From Magallana gigas (taxonomy: Eukaryota): 64,000 bases of DNA. Positions 23,642 to 35,372 of this stretch are shown here, piece by piece (the stretch's first letter is position 1; every line of letters starts with the position of its first letter). The notes under the pieces are model-generated. The model did no database searches and was not told the origin of the DNA. It worked only from the letters and a program-made list of their open reading frames with translations. Position numbers and translations under genes: made by a program. Where the stretch lies: NCBI RefSeq assembly GCF_963853765.1, contig NC_088861.1, positions 19,282,001 to 19,346,000 on the forward strand, in the 5' to 3' direction.

Positions 23642-25579
23642 ATGTATCTCAATTCACGTCAGCTTATAATGTTATGGACGATGATCTATGCGGTCTCGTC
23701 AAACTCAAATCTGACTGCTCACCTAGATGTCGATTCGAGTAGTCGAGTCATCAATCAATCGAGTGGTGCCGTCGACCTTCGATCCTTGCAACAACAACTG
23801 AATCAGGAGTCTTTGATCAGGCTGTCTCTGGTCAACCAACTGTACACACTGAGTAGCGACATGCTTACCGTAAAACAACGAATGATGGCTATTGCAGTGG
23901 AAGGTCGACAGTTTGATGACAAACTGAAAGCGATGAAGAAGAAATTCATCGCACTTAAAAACGAAAACCGGCGCATGCGTGATACCCAGGAGCAGATTTC
24001 GGTCAAAGTGAGCAATGCAACTGATGCTGGAACTAGTCATGCTTCTTCAGGATCTCAGAGTATGTTATCAATCTTTTTTCTGAAGTTGAAATCAAAACAT
24101 TTATATATTTTTTAACCAATTGAATTTTAGGAGATTTATGTATTGATCCTTCGTGTCATCGTATATTATCTATTTAAAGAGCAATAAAACGTCGAAATCA
24201 TTTCGTAAACGGGAATGTTTTCAATCCCACACAGATACTGATTGTATTTCTGAATTCATTTCGCTTTTTACCTCCTCAGAAGTGTCTTGTTTTGGTGAAC
24301 TCAAACCAGACAACAAAGTCGATAATATATGTGCACTGTTCTTATCAGAAATATATTAATTTTGCAGATATCAGCTTAAAGTGTGCAAATATGGTTGTTA
24401 CGAATGTTTCTGTTCGTTAGTACATTTGAAACCGGATGCATTAAGAGTCTTAGCTTGTGTTTATTTCATTTAGGGTGGTATGGGACACTTCCGTACGCGT
24501 GTTGCAACGTATTATTTATCGAACTAAACAATAAAATCAAGTGTAATATTATTTTTTCCTTTCCTAAAAGTGTCACATAAAAGCGTAGCGAAGTACTAGT
24601 AGGTTAGAGGGTTTACTACGAATCTGTAAGTCATGAGTTCGAATTCCGCTGAGAAATATTTCAAAAACAATATATAACGTATTTTAGGTTAAATATTGTA
24701 AAAATTTGAAAATTCTAAATCGGTGAAATTATTTTAATTATAATGTACTTTAATCCACATTAATATCGACAAATGTCCCATACCACCTTAACTCAATGAT
24801 CGTGTTTAATTCATTTAAGTCGACAAAAATTATTGCATATTTCATTCAAGTCAACTATTTTTTTATTTCATTAAAGTCATTGAAATTGTTTATTTTGGTC
24901 AATGATCGTGTTTATTTCGTTAAAGTCGACGATTATGTTACTGAAAGCTTCTGGAAAACTCTTTAAATTTAATCTTTTCACTTCAATTCACTTTACATCA
25001 GCAATGTTTAGGAGAGTATTTTTAATTGAAGATGTTTGTAAAAGAACTTTGGCAATTCCAAAATATTTGATTCAACTAAGCCATATATAATTATTATTGA
25101 TTTTGTCAACGTAAATCTCTTATTTAGATAAATTTAGATAAAAACAATAACTTCACGACAATTTTGATTTCACAGATGAAGACTCGGTGGTCGCATTTCA
25201 CGCCTTTACTAGCAAGAAGCTTAATTTCAAAACGGACACTACGGTGAATGTGGTTTACGATAAAACTTCTCTTAACACCCATGACGTGTACAATACGAAA
25301 AATGGCTTCTTCACAGCGCCGTCTGGTGGATTATACGTGTTTTCCTGGACGAGTCTGGTAGCAGAAATGTCAAAGTTCAATGCAGAGCTGCTTGTGAACG
25401 GAGAGAGAAAAGGACTGGCAAAGTGTGATCATGAGCTGGGTCAACAAGGTTTTGAAAGTTGTTCCAATACAGTACCTGTTATTCTGAAGACAGGGGATCT
25501 GGTGAATATCCGAACTGTGGATTCTCTTTCTCTTCTTGGAATTCAATGGTCCAGTTTCAAAGGATGGAAAGTCCAATAA
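23642..25579 (+). CDS. Secreted C1q-domain-containing protein A (signal peptide, coiled coil, gC1q; ~273 aa)
   Basis: Exon1 23642-24059 (a|gtatgt) and exon2 25176-25579 (cacag|at), phase 1, join in frame. gC1q motifs VAFHA, VVYDKTSLN, YNTKNGFFTAPSGGLYVFSW, LKTGDLVNI, WSSFKGW. Confidence 0.9.
24474..24787. mobile_element. Kolobok-like MITE in the C1q-A intron carrying an internal tRNA-like segment
   Basis: 14-bp TIR ggtggtatgggaca / tgtcccataccacc. Right flank TTAA (24788-24791); left flank TTAG. Confidence 0.7.
24583..24652 (+). other. Degenerate tRNA-Arg(ACG)-like / SINE-head sequence (not a functional tRNA)
   Basis: A-box-like tagcgaagtactagtagg, anticodon-arm-like actacgaatc and B-box gagttcgaattcc. 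There is no intact acceptor stem. Confidence 0.5.
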
Positions 25580-25936
25580 GAACACTTGTTTTTGAGTTTT
25601 TTTTAGAAACTCTTTGTATTTTGCATGTTTGAATTTCGAATTTAAAATTGTATGAGAGCTATTAAATTTGCATTAAAATGGAAAGACTTTTTGTTTCACT
25701 ATCTTTGAATGATTAATGTATACGTATAATTTCTCATAATCATCTATCTTAAATTTAAGAAAAATGAAGGTTCGGATTGGGGAAGATTTGTAATTTAGAG
25801 AAAATTACAACTTAATAAATCCTCTCTACCCAACATCACCCCTCATTCTCCTTATCTTTTATTCTGAGCTGTAAGTATAGATTAAAACTTCATAAGGAAG
25901 CTTAAAAAGTATTAAGCAAGCACCTTCATTTATTTT

Positions 25937-26420
25937 TCAGCTCTCCGTGTACAAAATCTTCAATCCTTCAACGATATTCCAGAATGAGCAACCGGAACAC
26001 TCGATTTTCTGCCCTTTTCTGTCTTTTTCTAGTTTGTCACAGAGTGACAATTTTTAGATTTGTTTGATTTGATAAAAACATTATTTACGATCAACTTTGC
26101 AGATGATTTTACCTAGAAATATAACAATCTGTCAATTTACGATTCTTTAAATTGTGCATCATGTGTATAAAGCATTATCTTGTCGTTCACATTACATTCA
26201 GTACTTTGAGTTTTCGGGAATGTTTGGAATTGAAAAGGCATTGCACAATTGCACAATTGTAAATTTACATTTTATGCATTTTTTACAATGAATACTAGGT
26301 TAATGAATACTTGAAATTTAATTTCCTGCCCTTATTTGTTCAGAAGAGGCTGTCACTAACCAGCCTTAAGCAATCTTATTATTTCCTCCAGAGCTTCGCT
26401 TTTAATCTGAGTTTTCGACA
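25937..26420 (-). pseudogene. Remnant of the last two exons of a METTL27-like methyltransferase
   Basis: 26044-25937 translates LCDKLEKDRKGQKIECSGCSFWNIVEGLKILYTES* (5' half of the exon is missing). ~26410-26361 gives QIKSEALEEIIRLLKA followed by a gttagt donor. Confidence 0.8.
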
Positions 26421-27157
26421 CGTATTTCACACATTTTCCAAAATCTGTATCGTTATTAAAAAAGAACTCATTAAGACTTTCACATGAAATTTACAGATTT
26501 TCCAATTCCCAGAATTGTTCAGCATTGGCCTGGTAGCTATTTGAGGGCAACTTAGATATAAATCAATAGATCCTTGCCCCTTCCCCCACCCCATAACACA
26601 ACAGCAGCAGCAGCGTCACTGTCAGAGCTGGTCAAAGTGATAAAACGACCTTGGAAAATAAGGAAATAATAATGTATATTGTACAGTTCGAGACTAATTT
26701 TGGATGAGATTTATAATGAAAAATAATGCTATGCTATGAAATTGTTATTTACACGACGACCCCGTATATATATGCGTTATCTATGTTTGGCAAAATAGCT
26801 TTTTATATATTTTGTATCATGTCATTTTTTAAAGGATGGCCCATCATATTGAAGGTATTTTTTACACATATAAACCATTAACCCTATAATAAAAGTGAAG
26901 TGTGGTTTGATTGAGAATGAATAAGTATTCCGCTGTAATGAACAAATATTTTTATTAATATCCTTCAAAGTGTGTTTCATCAAGTAATTATTTTGCACTT
27001 GGTGTACACTATATGATTTTCATTAAAGTTAATGCGTATATATTCTAAGTGGCGGATGTACTCCACTTAGCCTGTGATACTAACCCTAACTTCCTTGGTA
27101 GGTATTCTCTTTCGAAAGATATCATAGTGTTCATTGTAATGTATGGTATTCTGCAAA

Positions 27158-28541
27158 ATGTATCCCAGTTCACATCAACTCATAATCTTGTGGACAATAA
27201 TCCACGTTGTTGCGGCTATCTCAAATCTTACTTCTGACCAAGGTTTCGATTCGAGTAGTCGAGTCGTCGAGCAATCGAGTGATGCCGTCGACCTTCGGTC
27301 CTTGCAACAACAACTGAATCAGGAGTCTTTGATCAGGCTGTCTCTGGTCAACCAACTGTACACGTTGAGCAGCGACATGCTTACCGTGAAACAACGAATG
27401 ATGGCCATCGCAGTGGAAGGTCGACAGTTTGAAGACAAACTGGAAGCAATGGAGAAGAAAATAGTTGCGCTTGAAAACGAAAACCGGCGTATGCGTGATA
27501 CTCAGGAGCAAATTTCTATCCTTTTGAGCAATGCAACTGACGCTGCAACAGGGTATGGTTTGCCCAATGTTGCTTCTACACGTTCTCAGGGTAAGTTATC
27601 AAACTTTTCCTGAAGCTCAAATTACATCATTAAAACACTTGAGTTTCAAAAGAGTTGTGTATTGATCTTTTGTGTAAAAATATCTAAATTGTGAAAAAGA
27701 GCAATAAGAAATTTAAAATCAATTTATAACTAATAAAAAGAGTGCTACTTTAATTTACAATGAAACTATTTGTGTCACATTTTACAGGGGTTTTTTTTTT
27801 CAAACAAGACAGAAAACTCGATAATAGATGTGCACGTCAGAAAATTGCCGATACTCATTTAAAAATGAGCAAACAATGTTCCGAATGCTAGTATTTTTTT
27901 TTAATAAACTTGCGAAATTCAATGTTTATGCAATTATTCAACAATCTTGATATACAAATTTTGAATTTTACGAAACACGACGTTTTAGGACAGCATATTA
28001 ATGACTTATTATTATTAAGATGCATTAATGTAACTTGTAACCCTAAATATTGGTAAAGAAACTAAACCTTATATTTAATTATTTTTGTTTATGTCAAAAT
28101 CATCCTAATTTTAGATAAACCAATTTTTTTTCCACAGACAATGAGTCAGTTGTTGCATTCAGTGCCTATATGAGTCAAAAGCATGATTTAAGCAAACTCA
28201 CTGCAGAAAACGTTGTGTACGATAAGACCTGGCTGAACACAAATGGCGTTTACAACACGATCACGGGATTCTTCACAGCGCCATCTAGTGGACTTCTTGT
28301 ATTTTCCTGGACGAACCTCGTAGCCGAAATGCCAATGTTCGATTCGGAGATTCTTGTGAATGGGGAGAGAAAAGATCTGGCAAAATGCAGTACTGAACTT
28401 GATAGACAAGGATATGAAAGTTGTTCTAATACAGTTCCCTTGGTTCTTAAAAAGGGAGATTTGGTGAATATTCGAAAAGTGGATGCCATTTTACTGCAAG
28501 GAAATCAGTGGTCCAGTTTCAAAGGATGGAAAGTGCGATAA
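27158..28541 (+). CDS. Secreted C1q-domain-containing protein B (~278 aa), tandem paralog of A
   Basis: Exon1 27158-27590 (g|gtaagt) and exon2 28138-28541 (cacag|ac), phase 1. Same architecture as A. The ATG was chosen by homology to A. Confidence 0.9.
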
Positions 28542-28796
28542 AGACATGTTCTTTTTGTTTGTTTTTTTTTTCAAAAATATTGTTTCATATTTTTTAAGTT
28601 TCAATGTATATAATTTAAACTTTAATCACAAAAGTTCCTGATTTATATGAGAATTGATTTATACAAAAAAAAAATATAGAAGAATTTGTCATCAGAAATT
28701 TGTTCGTTTTTACTTTTTGGTTTTATCTGGATGATTTTAAAAATAAATGTGAAAAAGAATACTATCATCGCTGTTTCCTATTGACCTGGGTGTTCT

Positions 28797-29050
28797 TTTT
28801 TTAGTCCCCTACCGGTTTTCACCGGAGGGGACTATAGCTTTCCTCTGCGTCCGTCAGTCAGTCTGTCCGTCCGTCTGTCTGTCCCACTTCAGTTTTCCAT
28901 TAATTAATTTTTTATTTCCATTAATTAATTTTTTATATTCCAATTTTTTAATGTTCGGGTTCGATATTCTGCATAACAGTGCATTGTTTTCACAATTTCC
29001 ACAAACCGGTAGGGGACGTGTACTGCTGATGCAATACTCTCAGAATTCTT
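28797..29050 (+). mobile_element. Short HINE (non-autonomous Helentron-type element)
   Basis: 15-bp sub-terminal IR gtcccctaccggttt (28804) / aaaccggtaggggac (29003), a 5' hairpin, a (GTCC/GTCT)n tract, a 3' hairpin gtactgc-tgat-gcaatac and a cttgtt end. Confidence 0.75.
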
Positions 29051-29443
29051 GTTAATTATACAAAAGATCTTAATACATTTCAATCGACTAATTTTGAACT
29101 TACTACTCGGCTACAAAATTTACCCTTTTATCCGCTGCATTACACATTTAAATCTTGATATATATGTATTAATAACAATTAATCATCAGATATATATCTC
29201 TTCGCAATATTAAACAAATAGGTGATGTAATTGCATAGATACATTAGCAGGGTAAATTCAATCTAAATGAGTTCTATGCGTAAGCTTAGAATATTTTTCA
29301 GATTTAATATCAACATTTTCAATAAAAAGCATCAAAAAGTAAAACACTTATAGGATAGGTGTATTGTCAAAATAGGTAAACTTTATTCCTATGCTTCTTA
29401 AGGAAGTTATATATTAATATTTTTTTATCAAGCTCCTTCATTT

Positions 29444-32400
29444 TTAGCACACCCTGTACAAAAACTTCAATCCTGGAACAGTTTTCCAGAATGGACATTC
29501 GGAGCACTCGATTTTCTGCCATTTGCCGTCTTTTTCTAGTTTATCACAGAGCGGGAAGAATGAATCTTTATATTCCTCAAATTGGTAAAACCCTTCCATA
29601 CGGGATACGATGCAGATGGTTCCATCTGAAAAGATAAGCAATGCTGAAAAAGAATTCTTTCAGTTTTTTCAGAATGTTTTCTCAAAGCGATACTTCCTGT
29701 ACTTTGATTTATCGGAAAATCTTAGAAATAGCAATATATCGATGGAAGATGGAAATACATTTTCCACAATGAGTGTCAAATCTTTAAAGGTCAAAAGTTT
29801 TATTTTCTAGCGGTGTAGTTTTTGCAGAAGTTGTCACTTACCCGCATTCACCAGTCTTATCATTTCCTCCAGAGCTTCACTTTGAATGTGATTTTTCGTA
29901 TGGCCTCCGACAACAGTTACAATATCATAAGATCCTATTTAGAAAAAAAGAGTGCGTTATGAGGTCAAGGATACGTATTGTACATACAAGTATTTACTGA
30001 AGAGGGTTTTTGATGGGCATGGCCATATTAAGATTATATAAATCTTCTTTACAAGAACACCCCTGTAGAGAAAATGTTTGAATTTTAAATCAAAAATATT
30101 GGACTCTTTTCTTTAATTACTATGCAATGGTTTTAGGCAAAGAAATCATGTCTAAAATTTTTTAGTAGATCTGGTGGTTAATTTGTTGATCATCCAGCCT
30201 CCTGATTTCAATTCTTATGTCCCTTAGTTAATAGTTCTTATGTCCCTTGGTTAATAGTTATTATGTCCCTTAGTTAATAGTTATTATGTCCCTTAGTTAA
30301 TAGTTGTCCCTTAGTTAATAGTTATTATGTCCCTTAGTTAATAGTTATTATGTCCCTTAGTTAATAGTTCTTATGTCCCTTGGTTAATAGTTATTATGTC
30401 CCTTAGTTAATAGTTCTTATGTCCCTTAGTTAATAGTTATTATGTCCCTTAGTTAATAGTTATTATGTCCCTTAGTTAATAGTTGTCCCTTAGTTAATAG
30501 TTATTATGTCCCTTTGTTGATAGTTATTATGTGCCTTAGTTAATAGTTATTCATCTAAACCTCATTATAATAGCTTTTGAAAATAGTCACATAAATTTGC
30601 TCAAGGTGAAATTAATAAAAAAAAACCAAATATCATTACTGATATATTAGGACCTATTTGCTACCTGATGGAATATTTAAAGGTTCTGTTCCAATAGCCT
30701 CACAGATGTACTTCCGGTACAATCCTTTCTCTCGTGCCTTCTCCAGCATACCAGACGACGGCTCCAAGGCATCAATAATTTTAAAGCCAATCTTGGTCAA
30801 CTGTAATACGAACAAGTCTAATACATTTAGGTCAACTCTTACGAAACTCATTTTAATTTGACATGTTCATTTCGAGAATTTTCAAGTCCTCTTTTAATCA
30901 ATTTGCATCTGTAACCAACCCTTATAGTTGGGCCTTTTTTTGCAAAGTAAAAATTTAATGACCATTTCTTTAAAAACTTTAACATTCTATTACATTGACA
31001 CTTTTGTTCTGTGCTCTTCTTCAAAGGGAAAAAAGATAATTTTTCATTTCCTTGTGGGACAAAATATAACATCATTTAAGGTCCTTTTAAAGTGTCATTG
31101 ATATAGGAATTTACACTCCATCTTCACGGTGTTAAACTTAAGGTAAGAATTTTGTAAGAGCGCAAGATTTCTTACATAGTATCTTACGTGATTACTCTAA
31201 TGAGATAAACCACAGTGTAGCTCGCTTGAAGAAGAAGAAGAAGAAGATGGTGATGATGATGAACAAGACATTACTTGAACTCTCAAAACTTGTCGATGTA
31301 AAAGCATCGTTTGAGATTTAAATCTAAATATTTTTCACAGCAAACAATACTATACATTGTAACATCTGTAACATAAGATTAGACAATGACTACCTCTTCT
31401 GCAACCAATCCCGTTCCGGCGCCGATGTCCAGGATTGTTTTCTGGGGTCGTTCATCTGGTTTGATTAACTTTGCGAGGGATTCTGTCGCTGTTTTATGAG
31501 CAACGTACTCACTTTTAGTTAAAACCTGCAAGACACCAAAGGGCCATACATAATCACAGAAAATGTATTCTATGTGTATCAGTGATTTTATAGCTCAATA
31601 TACATATGAGCTCAAAAATATTAAGTCATATCATATAAATACAGTAGACTTGGGAACAACAATATTTAAGCTCAAATATTTTGTAACCATTTTGATTTCA
31701 TTCACTAGGCTTGAGAACAACGAAAGCCACAATGTTTGATAATAATGTTGATGTTAATCTCAACATATGCCTTAAATTGATTTAAAAGATCAAAAATAAG
31801 CACTGAGGCATCATTTTTTACGATAACTGGAATATAGATACAATTTGATTACACGACCAATTCCCATTGGCCAGGATTTCTTATTGTTTGCAATCTGATT
31901 CTAACAGACGAGTTATATTTGTAGCTGTTTGCAGGGTGTTACCATTCCGGGGATGGCGGTTTGCTCTACGATGATGGTCCATCGCAATATTAAGATGGAA
32001 TCGCCCAAAAATGATACTTATAAAAATAAAAATTTGCAGACTAATTAGTAAACATTTTAAGTTGAGAGTTTTACAGATTACTAGTAATGACAGCTTTAAA
32101 TGTACAGATTAATGGGTAAAAGTTAAATATTAGATTACGTGTGAGAAAATGATTAAAGTAAGTGTCATTGTGGCGAAAATGCGTCTCCTTAGTAAATATT
32201 GCATGAGGATAATAAACATATGGACAACAGAAGAACTCGCCTACAGTGTATACTCTAGAAAGCACCTTATCGTAATCCTTGCTGACGTCATCATAAGCGG
32301 CGGCAAGTTCTGACTGATTAAGTCCATCTTTGAAAACTTTTCCCAGCAGAGTTGTCACCCCTGTCTCTGCCGAGGGGACACTGTACTTGTTGGTGTCCAT
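29444..32400 (-). CDS. Class I SAM methyltransferase, METTL27/WBSCR27-like, copy 1 (225 aa)
   Basis: Exons 32400-32266, 31525-31394, 30800-30665, 29934-29842 and 29625-29444, all GT-AG with phases 0,0,1,1, total 678 nt. Motifs AAYDDVSKDYD, ILDIGAGTGL, DALEPSSGML, YDIVTVVG. A non-coding exon donor lies near 32589. Confidence 0.88.
30212..30546. repeat. 23-bp minisatellite, 15 units, in intron 3 of methyltransferase copy 1
   Basis: Unit tt(a/c)ttatgtcccttagttaatag, with two 18-bp deletion variants at 30304 and 30483. Confidence 0.95.
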
Positions 32401-32654
32401 CTGCTTTAATGAAAATGAAAAAAATATAAACTTTTCTGATCACTTTTGCAACGTATTCCTTTCGTGTAGATCTTTCGATACGTAAACTGCGTAGAAAATC
32501 TGTTTGTCAAAATATTGCAAAGTGTCATTATGATTTGCTGCCATGTTATTTTGACATGTACATATGTGCTCAAGGTAACCAGATATTTTATTTAAAAAAC
32601 GTCGCTTACCTGTAAATGTTTGTGTGTGACCTATTTAATTGTGCATCCGGATTT

Positions 32655-33284
32655 TTAAAACGTAAATCCTTTCAAGACATGTGTATAAATCTTGACACAA
32701 CTGATAGTGCTGTTATATGGAGGGTAATCGTGTTCAAAAATCCAGACATCCGAATATGCAATCGTGTTGGTGTGTGAGCCTGAGTATGAATATGTGTAAT
32801 TCTGATCGTGTACCCTATAAAACTCGGGCATAAACACATGTACGATTTGACTCAGTTCCTTCGCATGATGCATATTTTGCAGCTTTATGTTTTCATTAGT
32901 TAATTAAACCTTCAACTCTGCACACTTTCAATGCGTAGTTTCTGCATTTGTATCTTCAGGCTCGGCAATAGCACGTCTGACATGATACAAATTGACAAAT
33001 GTAAAGTCTACAAGTTTGTCGAATTTTGACATGACCTTATATGGCAACTGCCTTGCTGCAAGAAATGGCATGTCGTAATTGCCGGAATGGACGGAAAATA
33101 AACATGATATTCCGCTAAACTGTTGCAATAAGCTTTTAATGAACGACTCTTTTTCTATCGAAAATACCGGTATTATTTTTAGAAAGGTGTTCGGGGTATG
33201 ATTGAAACTGGACCAAACAGGAAGAGGTTCATCTATATAAGAATCGATGCCGATGTGACGAATGCGCAAACTTCTGTAGTATAA
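32655..33284 (-). pseudogene. Unidentified disrupted ORF (~210 codons, two in-frame stops)
   Basis: ORFs 32928-33269 and 32655-32873 share one frame, joined by *KCAELKV*LTNENIKLQN. The family was not recognised. Confidence 0.35.
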
Positions 33285-33534
33285 TTATCATGGTATTATA
33301 CGATAACGGTTAAAAAGAAATGCCTGATGTCTTATTTCTCTAAAATAATTTGAGATGTAATTTAAACTGGAATATAAGTTAATGCGTACTCTTTTCTAGA
33401 AATGAGACGGATCAAGAAATTTCCTAAGGGGGTAAATATATTTTGAGCGGCATGGGGTTCGGAGACCGCCGTGAGGTCCCAAGTACAGTCTGTAGCTCCA
33501 TTGCTTCTGAATTCTAAGAATTTTAAAAGAGAAA

Positions 33535-33853
33535 TTTTAACCGGGTTTTCCGATTATTGAAATAGTGATGAAAATGGCGGGCGGGCGAGTGGCTGCCAAA
33601 AAGGTACCCTTATTGTACCGATAACTCCTCGTACAGTTCTTTTGAAAATCAATTATACATAGATCATAGATATGCAAATTGGAAAAATATCAGCTGTTGA
33701 ACTTGGTCATTTTTTTGGAAAATACATTGCTATAGAGTATCCCATTTCTTTGGATAGGTAGTATTTATCAATTCAGGATTGACAAATGGATTATGAATAC
33801 TGTTCACACACAAAAAACCCGGTTTGCTGTCACATTGACAGCTTTTCTCTTGC
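33535..33853 (+). mobile_element. HINE (non-autonomous Helentron-type element)
   Basis: Sub-terminal IR aaccgggttt (33539) / aaacccggtt (33815), a gcgg repeat near the 5' end and a 3' hairpin gctgtca-cat-tgacagc followed by ttttctcttg. Confidence 0.65.
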
Positions 33854-34536
33854 TATTTTTCTGAATTAGTTTGAATAAACGACCTGCAAAGATTTGGGAA
33901 TTTTTCGCAGAAAAATGTATGTAACTATAATGAAATGTATTTACCTATTTAAACTTTTTTTAAATATCAAAATGATTTTGTTTTGCAAGTGAAAGATAAA
34001 TAATAAAACAATCTAAAACTGTTATAAATAAAAAGAAGTTTTATAAGCACCAAGTTTTGTTAAAAATTGAAAGGTTTTGAAGAAATAGTACGGGTATACT
34101 AGTATGTTTATGTTTTTGTAATTATGTTTTTTCTTCGGAAATAGGATTTCTGAAAGTAAGGAACGGGATGGGTCAGCTGAATTTGATCGAATTTGAACTG
34201 GTAGAGTTTTAATTATAAATATTTTAAAATATATACTGTATTGACGATAATTTTAAAAAATTAAGTAGCTGCTTTATGGTAAAGAGTAAATGTTCACAAG
34301 TAGCTGTAAAGCTGTATTATAATAGCTCTCCGGAAATTTGTTATCAACCAACTTCACAAAGTCAGTCTGTATTGAGCCGACATTCAGGACGTCATACTCA
34401 TATCCCGTAATAATTGCTTGAAATAATTAAATGCCCATTTTCACCTGCATGATAGGCTTTTTCCCTATATATTGCGAACAATGCAAGATGAGACATTTTA
34501 AAAAAATAATTTATAAACTTTTTAATTTCACGACAG

Positions 34537-34583
<47 letters not shown>

Positions 34584-34585
34584 TC
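34537..34585. repeat. (CT)n microsatellite
   Basis: CT run with two GT interruptions. Confidence 0.9.
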
Positions 34586-35372
34586 ATCTTGGGTTTATAT
34601 GATTAATATACAACAAAGAAAACAATCGACTACAATCATTAAACAATTGACATTTCGTGTTAACGTTAAGTATGTTAAATAGACAAGTACATGTAAACTA
34701 TATCAAGTATCTGCAATTTAGGTCAACAAGTCCTTAACTTATTGCCATTTATATGAAAGAGTAGCATCCGCAAAGGGTTCCGTCTTACTCTGGGTCATTG
34801 ACTCTAACTATGTGGTGTTTTACTAAGTAAACATGAATTAATTATTCATCATATGATGTTCCTTCAGACTCTCAATCGAGGATATCTTGGGACAGAGTAG
34901 CAAAAGTTCTTTTTTACCAGCAAACAATTATTAATTTTTAAAATAGGACATATCATTGTTCATCCCAATAAATCGATTGACTTAAGTTACATACAGTAGG
35001 TCACAACAATGATATCTCTCTTGATTATTACAAGTAAATTAATTAGCTATTAAAGTGACATGTGCATATAATTATGTACAATTGTGCCGTACAATACACA
35101 TTTTAAACAATCAGTTGTACATAAATATAAGACAACAACCCATTTTGACCAATGAATAGGTCACCTTTGATTTTATTAACGATTGCAGTTCATCGCAGAT
35201 TAAACAATTGGTTGACTTATCATATACGTCAAAGCAGAGCAATTTTGGTTACACATGAAAACAAAGTCGTTCTGCGAAATTCGGTCCCATTGGAACAATT
35301 TATTTTTATTTATCAAATGTAAAATAGCGGATAGGAAATATAGAGCGAACAGGCACCTGCTATATTGTTCCG

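Noticed and set aside
24583-24652. Functional tRNA gene
   Set aside because: There is no paired acceptor stem, the D arm is irregular and the sequence lies inside a MITE.
27143-27157. Upstream ATG at 27143 as the C1q-B start
   Set aside because: Homology with C1q-A places the start at 27158 (MYPSSHQL vs MYLNSRQL). The 5-aa extension cannot be excluded but is unsupported.
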